Position numbers and translations under genes: made by a program
NCBI GenBank assembly: GCA_038206725.1
Contig: JBBRAO010000014.1
Coordinates: 192-64,191 of the forward strand
Source: Candidatus Kapaibacterium sp.
GTDB taxonomy: Bacteria > Bacteroidota > Ignavibacteria > Kapaibacteriales > UBA2268
Length of the DNA: 64,000 bases
Reading direction: 5' to 3'
In this document: positions 47,875 to 59,054 of the stretch, piece by piece
Layout: the number at the start of each line of letters is the position of its first letter
How positions within the stretch are numbered: the first letter of the stretch is position 1
The notes under the pieces: generated by a model
The model's input: the letters and a program-made list of their open reading frames with translations, nothing else
Databases searched by the model: none
What the model was told of the DNA's origin: nothing

Positions 47875-47887
47875 AATTGGAGCATTT

Positions 47888-49255
47888 ATGTTTACAACAG
47901 TCAAGAAAATTCACTTTGTTGGAATTGGCGGTATAGGAATGAGCGGCATCGCCGAAATACTTTTAAGTCAAGGTTTTGAAGTAACCGGTTCGGATGTTAC
48001 ACGAGGCGAAAATATTAAATATCTCGAAAAAAAGGGAATAAAAGTATTTATTGGTCACAAATCATCGAATATCGGAGGAGCCGAAGTCGTGGTTTATTCC
48101 AGTGCTGTTAATCCGCTAAGTAATCCGGAAACAGTTGCCGCTACACAATTGAATATTCCAATTATCAGACGCGCGGAAATGCTAGCTGAAGCGGCTCGCT
48201 TGAACTATTGTTTAGCAGTTGCCGGAACACACGGTAAAACTACTACCACCTCGATAGTAGCGCTAATTATGATACGTGCCGGGTTCGATCCAACTGTTAT
48301 TGTGGGTGGAAGATTAAAAGACTTTGGCGGTACAAACGCACGATTAGGTAAAGGCGAATGGACAGTTGTCGAAGCCGATGAATATGATAGATCATTTTTG
48401 CAATTATCCCCGACAATTGCTGTAATAAACAACATTGAACTTGAGCATATTGATATATATGCCGATTTGAACGATATCAAAGCAACATTCACAGAGTTTG
48501 CAAATAAAGTTCCTTTTTATGGTTTAGTCGCTCTTGGAATGGACGATATTGGTGTAAAGGATATTATGACAAATATCAATAAAAATATCGTTACATTTGG
48601 TTTGTCGAAGCACGCCGATGTGAGAGCAATGGATGTAAAACACGACAAAACCAGAACCACCTGTACAGTAGTTGAAAATGGCGTCGTTCTTGGTGAATTA
48701 GTTGTCAATATTGCGGGTTTGCACAATCTTAAAAATGCTCTTGCGGCAACAGCAGTTGCTCGGCGTTTAGGTATAGATTTCCCGACAATATGTTCAGCCA
48801 TATCCGATTTCAAAGGTGTTTACCGCCGATTTGATATCAAAGGCGAAAAGCACGGCGTTTTGGTTGTAGATGATTATGCACATCATCCAACTGAAGTAGC
48901 CGCCGCTTTGGATGCCGCCCAAAATGGATTTAATCGCAGAGTTGTGGCTGTGTTCCAACCGCATACTTATTCCAGAACCAAAGAATTACGCGATGAATTC
49001 GGAAGTGCTTTCGATAATGCTGATTTGCTAATAGTAACCGATGTTTATCCGGCTCGCGAACTACCTATCGAGGGGGTTACCGGGCGTATTATCGCCGATG
49101 CGGTTACTGAAAGGGGACACAAGAGCGTTACATATATGCCTGAATTAGATGCGGCGTATTCCTATGTAAAAAGGATTTTACGCGAAGGTGATCTTTTAAT
49201 AACTCTGGGAGCCGGAAATGTTTGTGATATAGCCGAACGGTATATTAAAGAATAA
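47888..49255 (+). CDS. murC: UDP-N-acetylmuramate--L-alanine ligase
   Basis: IHFVGIGGIGMSGIAEILL, AVAGTHGKTTTTS P-loop and VVDDYAHHPTE motifs. Confidence 0.95.
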   Translation: MFTTVKKIHFVGIGGIGMSGIAEILLSQGFEVTGSDVTRGENIKYLEKKGIKVFIGHKSSNIGGAEVVVYSSAVNPLSNPETVAATQLNIPIIRRAEMLAEAARLNYCLAVAGTHGKTTTTSIVALIMIRAGFDPTVIVGGRLKDFGGTNARLGKGEWTVVEADEYDRSFLQLSPTIAVINNIELEHIDIYADLNDIKATFTEFANKVPFYGLVALGMDDIGVKDIMTNINKNIVTFGLSKHADVRAMDVKHDKTRTTCTVVENGVVLGELVVNIAGLHNLKNALAATAVARRLGIDFPTICSAISDFKGVYRRFDIKGEKHGVLVVDDYAHHPTEVAAALDAAQNGFNRRVVAVFQPHTYSRTKELRDEFGSAFDNADLLIVTDVYPARELPIEGVTGRIIADAVTERGHKSVTYMPELDAAYSYVKRILREGDLLITLGAGNVCDIAERYIKE

Positions 49256-49297
49256 TAAATACCGTTTGTTCATTTGTTCTATATCAAGTATTATGAA

Positions 49298-49329
49298 ATA
49301 TGTCCAACACAGCTATGCGTTGGACATAT
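49298..49329. terminator. Hairpin between convergent genes (probable terminator)
   Basis: ATATGTCCAA / TTGGACATAT 10-bp stem with a 12-nt loop, and T-rich after it. Confidence 0.5.
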
Positions 49330-49403
49330 TTATATATTGTCAGCCCATTAAAAAATAAGGGTGGGGCAGATATGTTTACAAGTTTTTACCCGGAAAAGTA
49401 ATA

Positions 49404-49898
49404 TTATTGCTGTACCGCTACTCCCGGAAGCATTTTTCGGCAAATTGGGGGTATAACTTTAAATATTTCTTCTGGTTTTACAAATAGATTTCTTAGCTGG
49501 TATTGAGGAATAGGTAAACGCATATCAACAATACATAATGATGCATTTATAACAAGCTTAGAGCCTTGTTGCTGTAATTCACCAATAACGGCTTTATTAC
49601 ATTTGAGTTTCTCAAGAGCTTTCCATAGATCATCTTTATAAGAAGGACTGTTGGGATCAAAGTTCATTTCTGCTAAAACTAATTCTATAGAGTCGTTAGG
49701 GACTACATAAAATTTGTTTTCGCCTGTATTATTGGCTATTAATTCCTTTGATAGCGAGTCCTGCAATTGATAGCAGAATGTGTTCAGCTCTTCTTTACCG
49801 TCCATATTATAAAATGGCAGTACCGCAACTCTTTGTTGAGAATATGCAGAAATAGTGCTGAAAATAATTAAAGCGAATATACTAATAAAGCTACGCAT
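49404..49898 (-). CDS. Hypothetical secreted protein
   Basis: I use the internal start MRSFISIFALIIFSTISAYSQ, which is a signal peptide. The longer ORF-track start would overlap the Hpt gene. No confident domain. Confidence 0.5.
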   Translation of the reverse strand: MRSFISIFALIIFSTISAYSQQRVAVLPFYNMDGKEELNTFCYQLQDSLSKELIANNTGENKFYVVPNDSIELVLAEMNFDPNSPSYKDDLWKALEKLKCNKAVIGELQQQGSKLVINASLCIVDMRLPIPQYQLRNLFVKPEEIFKVIPPICRKMLPGVAVQQ

Positions 49899-49938
49899 TT
49901 GACTAACCTCATATAATTTAACAAAATATTCCGGGCTT

Positions 49939-50244
49939 TTATTTATCCATATTATCAAGTATAACTTTTACTTCATCAAACATATTTAAAAGTTTTTGCT
50001 TGTAGGGGTAAATTGAATCCCATTCATTATCTTTAACTTTCTGTAGCATTTCTATTCCAACTTGACCTATTTCGTCTAATGAAAATTGCAAACACGAACC
50101 CTTGATTGTATGAGCTAATCTGTACATTTCCTTGGTATCGCGACTTTCATAATAAAAATCAAATTTATCATTCAAATCTTCAACCCAAGTTTCTATTAGT
50201 TCGGGCATTAGTTCCAGCAATATCGGATCGGTCGGCATTTTCAT
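49939..50244 (-). CDS. Hpt (histidine phosphotransfer) domain protein
   Basis: 101 aa. AHTIKGSCLQF contains the HxxKG phospho-accepting motif. Confidence 0.75.
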   Translation of the reverse strand: MKMPTDPILLELMPELIETWVEDLNDKFDFYYESRDTKEMYRLAHTIKGSCLQFSLDEIGQVGIEMLQKVKDNEWDSIYPYKQKLLNMFDEVKVILDNMDK

Positions 50245-50327
50245 TTTAGATAGAATAAATTTTGTTACAAATACGATTCTAAATTAACATTAATTCACAA
50301 ATAAAACAAATAAAAAATAAAAAAAAA

Positions 50328-50707
50328 GGAGCAGACTATAAGCCGGATTTTGTTCGGTAAATAAATACCGTTGCAATCATTTATCTAAGCGTAAAGTCAC
50401 CAGTACGCTTCAGCAGCCTACCCAAGTATATAAATCGTGAGACTTATCGTCGGAACACCGACTTCCCTAAGGAACTATACTCCTATTTGGCTTTGCTTCG
50501 TGTGGGGTTTACATAGCAGTTTAGTCACCTAAACTCTGGTAAGCTCTTACCTCACCGTTTCACCCTTACCGTTAAAAATAACGGCGGTTTACTTTCTGTT
50601 GCACTTTCCGTCAGCATAACTGCCTTCGAGTTACGAAGCACACTGTTCCGTGAAGTCCGGACTTTCCTCATCTATTATAAAAATAGAAGCGATTGCACAT
50701 CTGCTCC
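50328..50707 (-). ncRNA. rnpB: RNase P RNA, bacterial type A
   Basis: The minus strand reads GGAGCAGATG...GAGGAAAGTCCGGAC...GTGCAACAGAAAG...GTAAGGGTGAAACGGTGAGGTAAGAGC...ACAAAATCCGGCTTATAGTCTGCTCC. All universal CR blocks are present and P1 pairs the two ends. Confidence 0.95.
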
Positions 50708-50717
50708 AAAATCTTTA

Positions 50718-52040
50718 TCAATTTTCAAATAACAAATCTTCTTTTGTATTCCTTTTTCCGTAAGCTATATTTGGTGCATTGAAATTCCTATTTTCGCTTA
50801 CGGCACTTTCAAAATCTTTTCTAAACTTAGTAACAAAACCTCTGACTGGCCAAGCGGCGGCTTCGCCCAATGCGCAGATTGTGTTTCCTTCAATATTATT
50901 GGCAATATCAACCAGCAAATCCAAATCTGCGAGAGTTGCTTCTTTGTTTACCATTCGTTTCAAGACTTTCACCATCCAACCGGTACCCTCTCGGCAAGGA
51001 GTGCATTGACCACAGGATTCGTGATGGTAAAACTCCGCAATACGGTGAGTAACTTCAACTAAATCTGCATCCTCATCAATGACCATTACTCCACCGGTTC
51101 CTAAATGAGTATTGACCGCTTTGAGTGATTCTTCATCTAAGGATATATCCAACTCATCAGGAGTCAGCGGTGGCATTGACGAGCCACCCGGAATCACAGC
51201 TTTTATTTTTTTATTATTAGGTACTCCACCACAAATATCGAATATCAGATTTTTAAGATTAAATCCTGTCGGCAGTTCATAAACTCCGGGTTTTGCAACA
51301 TTACCACTTACTCCAAAGAGCATAGTACCCGGTTGGGTTTTTGCTCCTATTTGAGAATATGCTTCACTTCCGATATTTAAAACCGCTGTAACAGAAGTTA
51401 AAGTCTCGACGTTGTTAATTGTTGTCGGGCAATTCCAAAGACCACTGGCGGCAGGGAACGGGGGTTTAACTCTGGGATAAGCCCGCTTGCCTTCGATGGA
51501 ATTCATCTGCGATGTTTCTTCACCGCAAATATAAGCTCCGGCACCTTTAACGATAAAAATATCAACCGAATAGTCGGAATTATATTTCTGCTTCATTCCG
51601 TCCCCTACGTAACCGGCACTATAAGCAGAGTCTAAAGCTTTGGCGAGTAGTCGCGAAGCTGATTCGTATTCGCCTCTTATATATACATACGCTGAAGTAA
51701 TATTCATAGCAAAGGATGCTATCAATATTCCTTCAATTAACATAAATGGATTTTTTTCGATTATTGCCCTGTCTTTGAATGAACCCGGTTCACTTTCATC
51801 GCCATTAACGCATAAGTAATGTGGTTTAGATTTAACCTTAGGCATAAAGGACCACTTTAATCCCGTAGGGAATCCTGCGCCCCCTCTACCTTTTAAACCG
51901 GATTTCTTGACTTCGTCAATAACGACGGTGCGTTCTAAAGATAAAGCTCTCTCGATGGCTTTAAAACCCCCATTAGCTAAATAGACATCTAATTGAGCTA
52001 ATTCTGAGTTATCGGGTAGTAAAAGTTTAGGGTAATTCAT
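50718..52040 (-). CDS. nuoF: NADH dehydrogenase flavoprotein subunit (NuoF/51-kDa family)
   Basis: GLKGRGGAGFPTGLKWSF (FMN/NADH site) and ESCGQCTPCREG (4Fe-4S N3 site). Confidence 0.9.
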   Translation of the reverse strand: MNYPKLLLPDNSELAQLDVYLANGGFKAIERALSLERTVVIDEVKKSGLKGRGGAGFPTGLKWSFMPKVKSKPHYLCVNGDESEPGSFKDRAIIEKNPFMLIEGILIASFAMNITSAYVYIRGEYESASRLLAKALDSAYSAGYVGDGMKQKYNSDYSVDIFIVKGAGAYICGEETSQMNSIEGKRAYPRVKPPFPAASGLWNCPTTINNVETLTSVTAVLNIGSEAYSQIGAKTQPGTMLFGVSGNVAKPGVYELPTGFNLKNLIFDICGGVPNNKKIKAVIPGGSSMPPLTPDELDISLDEESLKAVNTHLGTGGVMVIDEDADLVEVTHRIAEFYHHESCGQCTPCREGTGWMVKVLKRMVNKEATLADLDLLVDIANNIEGNTICALGEAAAWPVRGFVTKFRKDFESAVSENRNFNAPNIAYGKRNTKEDLLFEN

Positions 52041-52406
52041 AGATACTGTTTAATAATTTTCAAAAAAATAAGGACGTAAAAATGAGTAACATTATTATAA
52101 ACGTTAGAGAATTGAAATTGTCGTCGAGTTTGAATTTGCTTTTGGGATGTTCTAAGAATTCAATTTTGGGCATAAAAAAAACTGCTGTTACAACGTTAGG
52201 TGGTTCATTGTGGAGAAAGGAGTTCAGGAAGGGTTGCAACAGCAGCATAATTTATACTAAAATTTTCATTTTCTTGTAAAGAACTAATTCAAAAATACAA
52301 AATAAATTTTACAATCCAAATTAATTTTTGTTAATTTATACAAAAAAATAATATATTTTTAAATTTCTATAAAAAGTTAGTAATATCTTAAAAATATTTC
52401 AAAGTA

Positions 52407-54920
52407 CTATTCTAAAATTGTTTCTTGGAGACCTTCATTTGGGTCGTGGATGTAGCCTTCTTCGTCCTCATCATCGATTAAACGATCATCTTCAGGTTCT
52501 CTTGTAACAGTAGTAATGTCGGCAATTGTATCCCCGTCATCCAAACGAATCAAGCGAACACCTTGGGTATTACGACCGATTGTACGTATTTCTTCGACTG
52601 CTTGGCGAATAAGAATACCATTAGTTGTCATAACAACTAAATCTTCGGTATCGGTTGTGGATAGTAAGCCGATGATATTACCTGTTTTTGCAGTAATATT
52701 CATAGAAATTACACCTTTAGCACCGCGTTTAGTCAAACGGAAGTCTTCATACTTGGTACGTTTTCCATAACCTTTTTCACCAACAACAATTACTTGTGTA
52801 TCGGATCTATCAATAACTATCATTGAAATCACAACGTCATCTTTAGCTAAACTTATGCCTCTCACACCAGCGGCTGTACGTCCCATAGGGCGTACGTCGG
52901 TTTCGCGGAATCTACAAGCCAAACCTTTTTGAGATCCTAAAATAATATCACATTTTCCATCCGTTAAGCGAGTAGCAATCAAGCTATCATCATCGGTCAA
53001 ATTTATTGCAATGATACCTGTAGATCGTACATTAGCGAAAGAACTCAATTCGACTTTTTTAATTGTACCTCGTTTCGTTGCCATAACTACATAGTATTCA
53101 TTTTCGTAATCCTTAACCGACAAATATGATGTAACGCGTTCATCTTGTTGCATACTTATAACATTAGGCATCGCTCTACCTTTAGCGTTTCGGCTACCTT
53201 CGGGTATGTCGTAAACTTTTATACGGTAAACTCTGCCTTTATCGGTGAAGCATAGCAAATAATGATGTGTTGATGCTTGAAATACCACTTCTACGAAATC
53301 ATCGTTATATGTACCGGAGCCGCTAATACCTCGTCCGCCTTTTCTTTGGCGGCGATAATTCGTCATAGCGGTACGCTTGATGAAACCTTTGTGCGATATT
53401 GATACAATGACTTCTTCGTCGGCAATAAAATCTTCGACACTATATTCGTGATCGTCTCTAACTATTTCGGTTCTTCGAGCATCGCCGAATTTATCGCTTA
53501 ATTCTTCCAGTTCATCGGAAATAATATTTAACTGAAGTTCTTTGCTTGCCAAAATTGCTTTATATTCTTTGATTTTTTCAAGTAATTCATCATACTCAGC
53601 TTGAAGTTTAGCGCGTTCCAATCCGGTTAAGCGTTGTAAACGCATTTCCAAAATGGCTTTTGCTTGTATTTCGGATAGAGAAAAGCGTTCTTGTAAATTT
53701 ATGGACGCTATGCTTGTATCCTTTGAAGCACGAATTACCTTTATTACTTCATCAATATTATCAAGAGCTATTAATAAACCTTCTAATATATGAGCTCTTC
53801 TTTCGGCGGCTTTTAAATCGAAATGAGTGCGGCGGACAATTACTTCGTTACGATGCTCAATGAAATACTTCATCATTTGATTTAAAGTTAGAACTTGCGG
53901 TCTATTTTTTACCAAAGCGAGCATATTCACGCCGAATGTAACCTGCATTTGAGTATGCTTGTATAAATTATTTAGGACAACATCCGAAGTCGCGTCTCTT
54001 TTTAATTCAATAACAACACGGATACCTTCACGGTCACTTTCATCTCTAAGCCCCGATATGCCTTCAATTAGTTTTTGGTTAACTAATTCGGATATCTTTT
54101 CGATCAAAGCCGCTTTATTAACTTGATAAGGCATTTCACTAATAATAATGGATTGCTTACCCGATTTTCTATTTTCTTCGATTTTGACTCTAGCACGAAC
54201 TTTTATTTTACCCCTACCGGTTAGATATCCTTCCTTTACTCCTTGATAGCCAAATATTATACCACCAGTCGGAAAATCCGGCGCGGGTACATATTGTAAA
54301 AGCTCCTCGTTAGTAATATTTGGATTTTCGATATAAGCTTTTAAACCGGCTACAATTTCTCTCAAATTATGAGGTGGTATGTTGGTCGCCATACCAACGG
54401 CAATACCGCTGGCGCCATTAATCAATAAAGTTGGTAGTACCGATGGCAATACGCTTGGTTCTTGAAGTGAATCATCGAAGTTCGGTTGAAAATCAACAGT
54501 ATCTTTATCTATATCTCGTAAAGTATGAATAGCAATTTTATCGAGTCTTGTTTCAGTATAACGCATTGCGGCGGCGGGATCATTATCAATAGAGCCAAAG
54601 TTACCTTGCCCGTCAACCAATGGGTAGCGCAATGACCAATCTTGAGCCATACGGACCATAGCTTCATAAACGGATGAATCACCGTGCGGGTGATATTTAC
54701 CCAAAACCTCACCGACTAAACGGGCGGATTTCTTGTACGGGCGGTTTGGAAGTAAACCTAATTCACTCATCGCATATAAGATTCTACGATGAACAGGTTT
54801 TAATCCGTCGCGTACGTCCGGAAGAGCACGAGATACGATAACCGACATCGAATAATCGAGATACGATTTCTTTAACTCATCTACTAAACCGGTTTGTATA
54901 ATTTGTTCTTTTGCAAACAT
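52407..54920 (-). CDS. gyrA: DNA gyrase subunit A
   Basis: [32 protein letters not shown] (QRDR region), the catalytic-Tyr context AMRYTE, and C-terminal beta-pinwheel repeats. Confidence 0.97.
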   Translation of the reverse strand: MFAKEQIIQTGLVDELKKSYLDYSMSVIVSRALPDVRDGLKPVHRRILYAMSELGLLPNRPYKKSARLVGEVLGKYHPHGDSSVYEAMVRMAQDWSLRYPLVDGQGNFGSIDNDPAAAMRYTETRLDKIAIHTLRDIDKDTVDFQPNFDDSLQEPSVLPSVLPTLLINGASGIAVGMATNIPPHNLREIVAGLKAYIENPNITNEELLQYVPAPDFPTGGIIFGYQGVKEGYLTGRGKIKVRARVKIEENRKSGKQSIIISEMPYQVNKAALIEKISELVNQKLIEGISGLRDESDREGIRVVIELKRDATSDVVLNNLYKHTQMQVTFGVNMLALVKNRPQVLTLNQMMKYFIEHRNEVIVRRTHFDLKAAERRAHILEGLLIALDNIDEVIKVIRASKDTSIASINLQERFSLSEIQAKAILEMRLQRLTGLERAKLQAEYDELLEKIKEYKAILASKELQLNIISDELEELSDKFGDARRTEIVRDDHEYSVEDFIADEEVIVSISHKGFIKRTAMTNYRRQRKGGRGISGSGTYNDDFVEVVFQASTHHYLLCFTDKGRVYRIKVYDIPEGSRNAKGRAMPNVISMQQDERVTSYLSVKDYENEYYVVMATKRGTIKKVELSSFANVRSTGIIAINLTDDDSLIATRLTDGKCDIILGSQKGLACRFRETDVRPMGRTAAGVRGISLAKDDVVISMIVIDRSDTQVIVVGEKGYGKRTKYEDFRLTKRGAKGVISMNITAKTGNIIGLLSTTDTEDLVVMTTNGILIRQAVEEIRTIGRNTQGVRLIRLDDGDTIADITTVTREPEDDRLIDDEDEEGYIHDPNEGLQETILE

Positions 54921-55118
54921 TAAAAATTCTCTTTCTTATTAAATAAGACTTACAAAAATAACAAATTTTCAGCACTTTTTGGGTATTAATTTTCCACATT
55001 TTATAGGTAATATAGAAATTTTAAAAATAAATATGTTGAGAAATTGGCGTGAAAATTGTTGTTTTTAGTATGAATTCTGGTTAATTTTGCTTAATAATAA
55101 TAACTAAAAAGGCAAAAA

Positions 55119-58100
55119 ATGAAAAAAATATATATTTTTATTGCTCTGCTAATTGCTATAAACTCTCTAAGTGCTAAGGATATTTATATTTTTGGGACGA
55201 AGGCAACCATCTATCCGGTAATCAAAATGGATCTGATGGCTTTCGATGATGAGTATAATTTGATTAATATTTCCAATCCGAGCGAAGTGGAAATTAGCGA
55301 TAATGGAGCTTTAATGACAATTATTCGCGGTGAAAATAAATCATTACCAATAAATGATCCTGCAGTTGTATTTCTTTTTGATTTAAGTTTGGATGTAAAA
55401 GGCGGTACCAAATCGCATTTTGTATTCGCGAAAGATATCATTAAAAACATATCAACTCGACTAATTGAGGCAGGATTGAATACCGCTCTATGTTCTTATG
55501 ATTATATGAGCTATATGAATATGGATTATACAACAGATTTAGATTCTTTGAATTTGGCTATTGACAGTATGAAATCGCAAGAGATTTCTTATTTCGAACG
55601 CGGTTTGAATCAAGGATTTACATCGGCATTTTCGATTGCGGGTGTTTCAAAATCGAAGAAGATTGTTGTATTGATAACTGATGGTTATAGTGATATTAAT
55701 GTTAATCAGATTATTGCTCAAGCTAATCAGGAGGATATCACTCTCTATATTTTAAATTTGAGTAGAGAGAATATTAAGTCTTATAACGACCTATGCCAAT
55801 CGACCGCTGGATATATAGTTAACACTACCGATGTTCAAAACCCCGATTTGATGTCATCGGTTTTATACCATCTAATTAAGGGATATAGGCCTTATTCTGT
55901 TGATTACAATGCTAATTATGCTTGCGATAATAAACATACCGGTACTGTTAACTTAAAAAATGATACAAAAAAACAAAACTTTTCTTACACCGAAACAAAT
56001 GAAGCAAAACCATATTTGGAATCAAAACCAAAATATATAGGCTTCAGTGCTGTTGATATAGGCGAAGAAAAGCAAATTGATGTTAAGATTATTGCTCACG
56101 ACGGCGATATATATATTAGAAAAATTGAAATAATCAAAGGTGATAATATTAATATTCCTCCATCGGGGGATAAATTAAATATAGTTGCCGGAGGTGCGGG
56201 CGGATTTTTACTTCTAAACGGGCAATCTCACACTGTTTCAATTAAATATAAACCAACAAATTTTCAAAAAGACAGTGCTTTAATTTACACTCAATTAATG
56301 ATTGACGCCGACGCCTGTTACGGAAAAGAGATACCAATTACAGCAGGTTTCCCTTCGAAAGGACCTATCGGAAAAAGAACAATCGATTTGGTTTATCCTT
56401 ATAAAGGTAAAAAACTTTTTGCCGGTGATTCAGTCAACATTTCTTGGAAAGGGCTATTACCCGAAGATATGGTGCATATAGCATTTTCATCAACTAACGG
56501 TAAAACTTGGGATACGATATTTAATATTTATGGAAAGTATAATACATTAAATTCTACGATTTATCATCGATGGTTTGTCGCAGATACCGCTTCCGATTCC
56601 TGCTTATTTAAAATCATTCAACTTTGGCCTAATCACTTAGGAAAAACCATTGTTCTAAGGCACGACGACGAAGTAAACACAGCATTTTTCAGTCACGATA
56701 TGCTGAACAAAATGGTTGTAACTTCCTCGAATGATAAAACTATACGTGTATGGAATTCAGATAATGGACAAGAAATAAGACGATTTGAAGGTCATACCGC
56801 CGCTGTAAATTATGCTGAATTTTCGTTGGATGACAAATATATCATTTCAGCGGGTGATGATATGAAGGCTATTCTGTGGGATGTTCAAACGGGGGATTCA
56901 ATAACCGAATTCCGGCACGATTCGCGTGTATCTTGTGCGAAATTTACCAGAGACGGCAAATACATAGTAACATCCGGGCACGATGGATATGTAAAGGTAT
57001 GGGATAGAACCACATTCAAACTTTACCGATCACGAAAATACATTGACCCAACCAATCCTGATTACAGGCAATACGTTTATCATTTTGATATTCATCCTAT
57101 TTATCAAACCCGAATTTTATCTTCTAATTCTTTAGGTAAAGTTTCAATATGGGATTTTGAACAAAATAAAGATTTAACAGAAATTGATATTAAAAAGGAA
57201 TTTAATAAACCAGAGATTTTCCAGATACCGCATTGCGCTTTTAACGAAAAGGGTGATTTAATCGCTATTACAACTGCTCTCACTGATCATAACGTTTGCG
57301 TTTGGAATTATGTATCAGCTGATAATACTGCTACATATCGCTACAGTTTAGATACAGCGGTTACAAACGCGGCTAATTCGGCGTTATTCCAATATACCGA
57401 TAAATATGGTGAGATGTTATTGATATCCTGCGGTTCGAACAAAACATTGATTTGGGATGCCCTGAATAATAAAATTCATAACTTTTTCCAATATATCAAA
57501 CCTGAACATACGGGTGCAGTAACAACAAGTATTTTTAATTTTGATACTAAAGTTCTTCTAACCGCAAGTATGGATAATACCGCTCGATTATGGAACTTAG
57601 ATCAAAACTCAATTCAAGTGGATACCTCGGATTATTTCTCTATTGGGTATCCGGAGTTATACGGAAAGAAAGTTAATTTTGATTATATGGCTCTCAATTT
57701 CAAAAGGGATACGGTAATTCCCGCTATGATTACTAATACTTCAAAAGCGAGGATTACGATAAGCGGTGTTAATTTGAGCGGACCTGCGAAGGATGAATTT
57801 GCAGTCTTGAGGGATAATCCGAATGCCGGATTTGATTTGGATTCAGCGGAGACAAAACTCTTCGAAGTTCGTTTCGCTCCTGTTTCCTTGGGGGACAAGG
57901 AGTGCAAAATCAATTTTACGTTAAAGAGTAATGTTCCACAAGCGGCTTTTGACAGAGGCGATGCTAAGGAAACTTATAGCTTCGATTTCATAGGTAATTC
58001 TTATCAACGAGAATTGGTTCCAACTGAAGAGTTCTTGGACTTTGGACAAATAGAATTGGGCGATGTTTTTGATATAGAAAAATTCGTTATGATTGAAAAC

Positions 58101-59048
58101 AAAAGTCCAAAAGATATTACTATTAGCAAAATATATATTGACGGATATCCAAACGATGACAGCTTGAAAACAGCTGACTTTAAAATTTTAGATAACGGCG
58201 TAACCAAATTGCCTTATGTTTTACCTGCGGGCGGCAAACTACCTATTAAACTCAGGTTTATCCCTTTAAATTTAGGACGTAAAAATGCTCAACTGCACTA
58301 TACGCATAATGGTAGCTTTGGTGAAGCAAAAATCAATTTATATGGCGAATGTGTAAAATCAGTATTGGATTCAATTACAATTGCTTTAAATAATATCTCC
58401 GCAAAACCCGGGGATAGAATTAAAGTACCGATTTATGCTGTAAACGCATATATTGAGAAAGCTTATGAGAATATTACAGGATTTACCGGTTATTTGAAGT
58501 TTAACCCAACAATGTTAGCTCCTATTGGAACATTTGAATTCGATACAATTGTAGGAAATTGGCGCACCTTGAAGTTGAATTTACCAAAAGATACTGATTC
58601 AAATAAAGTTCTAACATATCTCGAGTTTGATGTTGGATTAGGTAACGATACCGTATCGCCTCTATTATTGGAGCATTTTGCACCTGTTGGCAGAGCAAAG
58701 GTCAAGGTAAGAGAGCGTTCAGCCAAATTCACATTGAACGGTGTGTGTTTGCAAGGCAAAGATCCACGATTACTTGATCTAACGGGTAGGGTGGAGTTAT
58801 TGCAAAATACACCAAATCCGATAATTTCCCAATCCATAATAAACTACGAATTGATAGAAGATGGACGGACTAAGCTATATATTACAGACATAAGCGGTCG
58901 AACCGTTCGAGTAATTGAAGATAGAGAAATGAAAAAAGGCAAACACACAGCAAATATAAACGCTGAAGAATTTAGTAGTGGGAAGTATTTCTATATTTTA
59001 GAAACACCTTCCAGAAAATTAACAAAGAGTTTTGAGGTAACTAAGTAA
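55119..59048 (+). CDS. Large secreted protein: vWA-like domain, WD40 repeats, ASH/PapD-like Ig domains, cohesin-like module, T9SS CTD
   Basis: VVFLFDLSLDV...VLITDGYSD (vWA/MIDAS-like). DKTIRVWNSDNGQEIRRFEGH... WD40 repeats. ISAKPGDRIKVPIYAVNA (cohesin-like). C-terminus NTPNPI...LYITDISGRTVRV...GKYFYILE. Confidence 0.8.
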   Translation: MKKIYIFIALLIAINSLSAKDIYIFGTKATIYPVIKMDLMAFDDEYNLINISNPSEVEISDNGALMTIIRGENKSLPINDPAVVFLFDLSLDVKGGTKSHFVFAKDIIKNISTRLIEAGLNTALCSYDYMSYMNMDYTTDLDSLNLAIDSMKSQEISYFERGLNQGFTSAFSIAGVSKSKKIVVLITDGYSDINVNQIIAQANQEDITLYILNLSRENIKSYNDLCQSTAGYIVNTTDVQNPDLMSSVLYHLIKGYRPYSVDYNANYACDNKHTGTVNLKNDTKKQNFSYTETNEAKPYLESKPKYIGFSAVDIGEEKQIDVKIIAHDGDIYIRKIEIIKGDNINIPPSGDKLNIVAGGAGGFLLLNGQSHTVSIKYKPTNFQKDSALIYTQLMIDADACYGKEIPITAGFPSKGPIGKRTIDLVYPYKGKKLFAGDSVNISWKGLLPEDMVHIAFSSTNGKTWDTIFNIYGKYNTLNSTIYHRWFVADTASDSCLFKIIQLWPNHLGKTIVLRHDDEVNTAFFSHDMLNKMVVTSSNDKTIRVWNSDNGQEIRRFEGHTAAVNYAEFSLDDKYIISAGDDMKAILWDVQTGDSITEFRHDSRVSCAKFTRDGKYIVTSGHDGYVKVWDRTTFKLYRSRKYIDPTNPDYRQYVYHFDIHPIYQTRILSSNSLGKVSIWDFEQNKDLTEIDIKKEFNKPEIFQIPHCAFNEKGDLIAITTALTDHNVCVWNYVSADNTATYRYSLDTAVTNAANSALFQYTDKYGEMLLISCGSNKTLIWDALNNKIHNFFQYIKPEHTGAVTTSIFNFDTKVLLTASMDNTARLWNLDQNSIQVDTSDYFSIGYPELYGKKVNFDYMALNFKRDTVIPAMITNTSKARITISGVNLSGPAKDEFAVLRDNPNAGFDLDSAETKLFEVRFAPVSLGDKECKINFTLKSNVPQAAFDRGDAKETYSFDFIGNSYQRELVPTEEFLDFGQIELGDVFDIEKFVMIENKSPKDITISKIYIDGYPNDDSLKTADFKILDNGVTKLPYVLPAGGKLPIKLRFIPLNLGRKNAQLHYTHNGSFGEAKINLYGECVKSVLDSITIALNNISAKPGDRIKVPIYAVNAYIEKAYENITGFTGYLKFNPTMLAPIGTFEFDTIVGNWRTLKLNLPKDTDSNKVLTYLEFDVGLGNDTVSPLLLEHFAPVGRAKVKVRERSAKFTLNGVCLQGKDPRLLDLTGRVELLQNTPNPIISQSIINYELIEDGRTKLYITDISGRTVRVIEDREMKKGKHTANINAEEFSSGKYFYILETPSRKLTKSFEVTK

Positions 59049-59054
59049 TAAACT

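Noticed and set aside
48275-48295. GGGTTCGATCC string resembling a tRNA T-arm.
   Set aside because: It lies inside the murC coding sequence (…RAGFDPTV…) and no acceptor or anticodon arms can be built around it.
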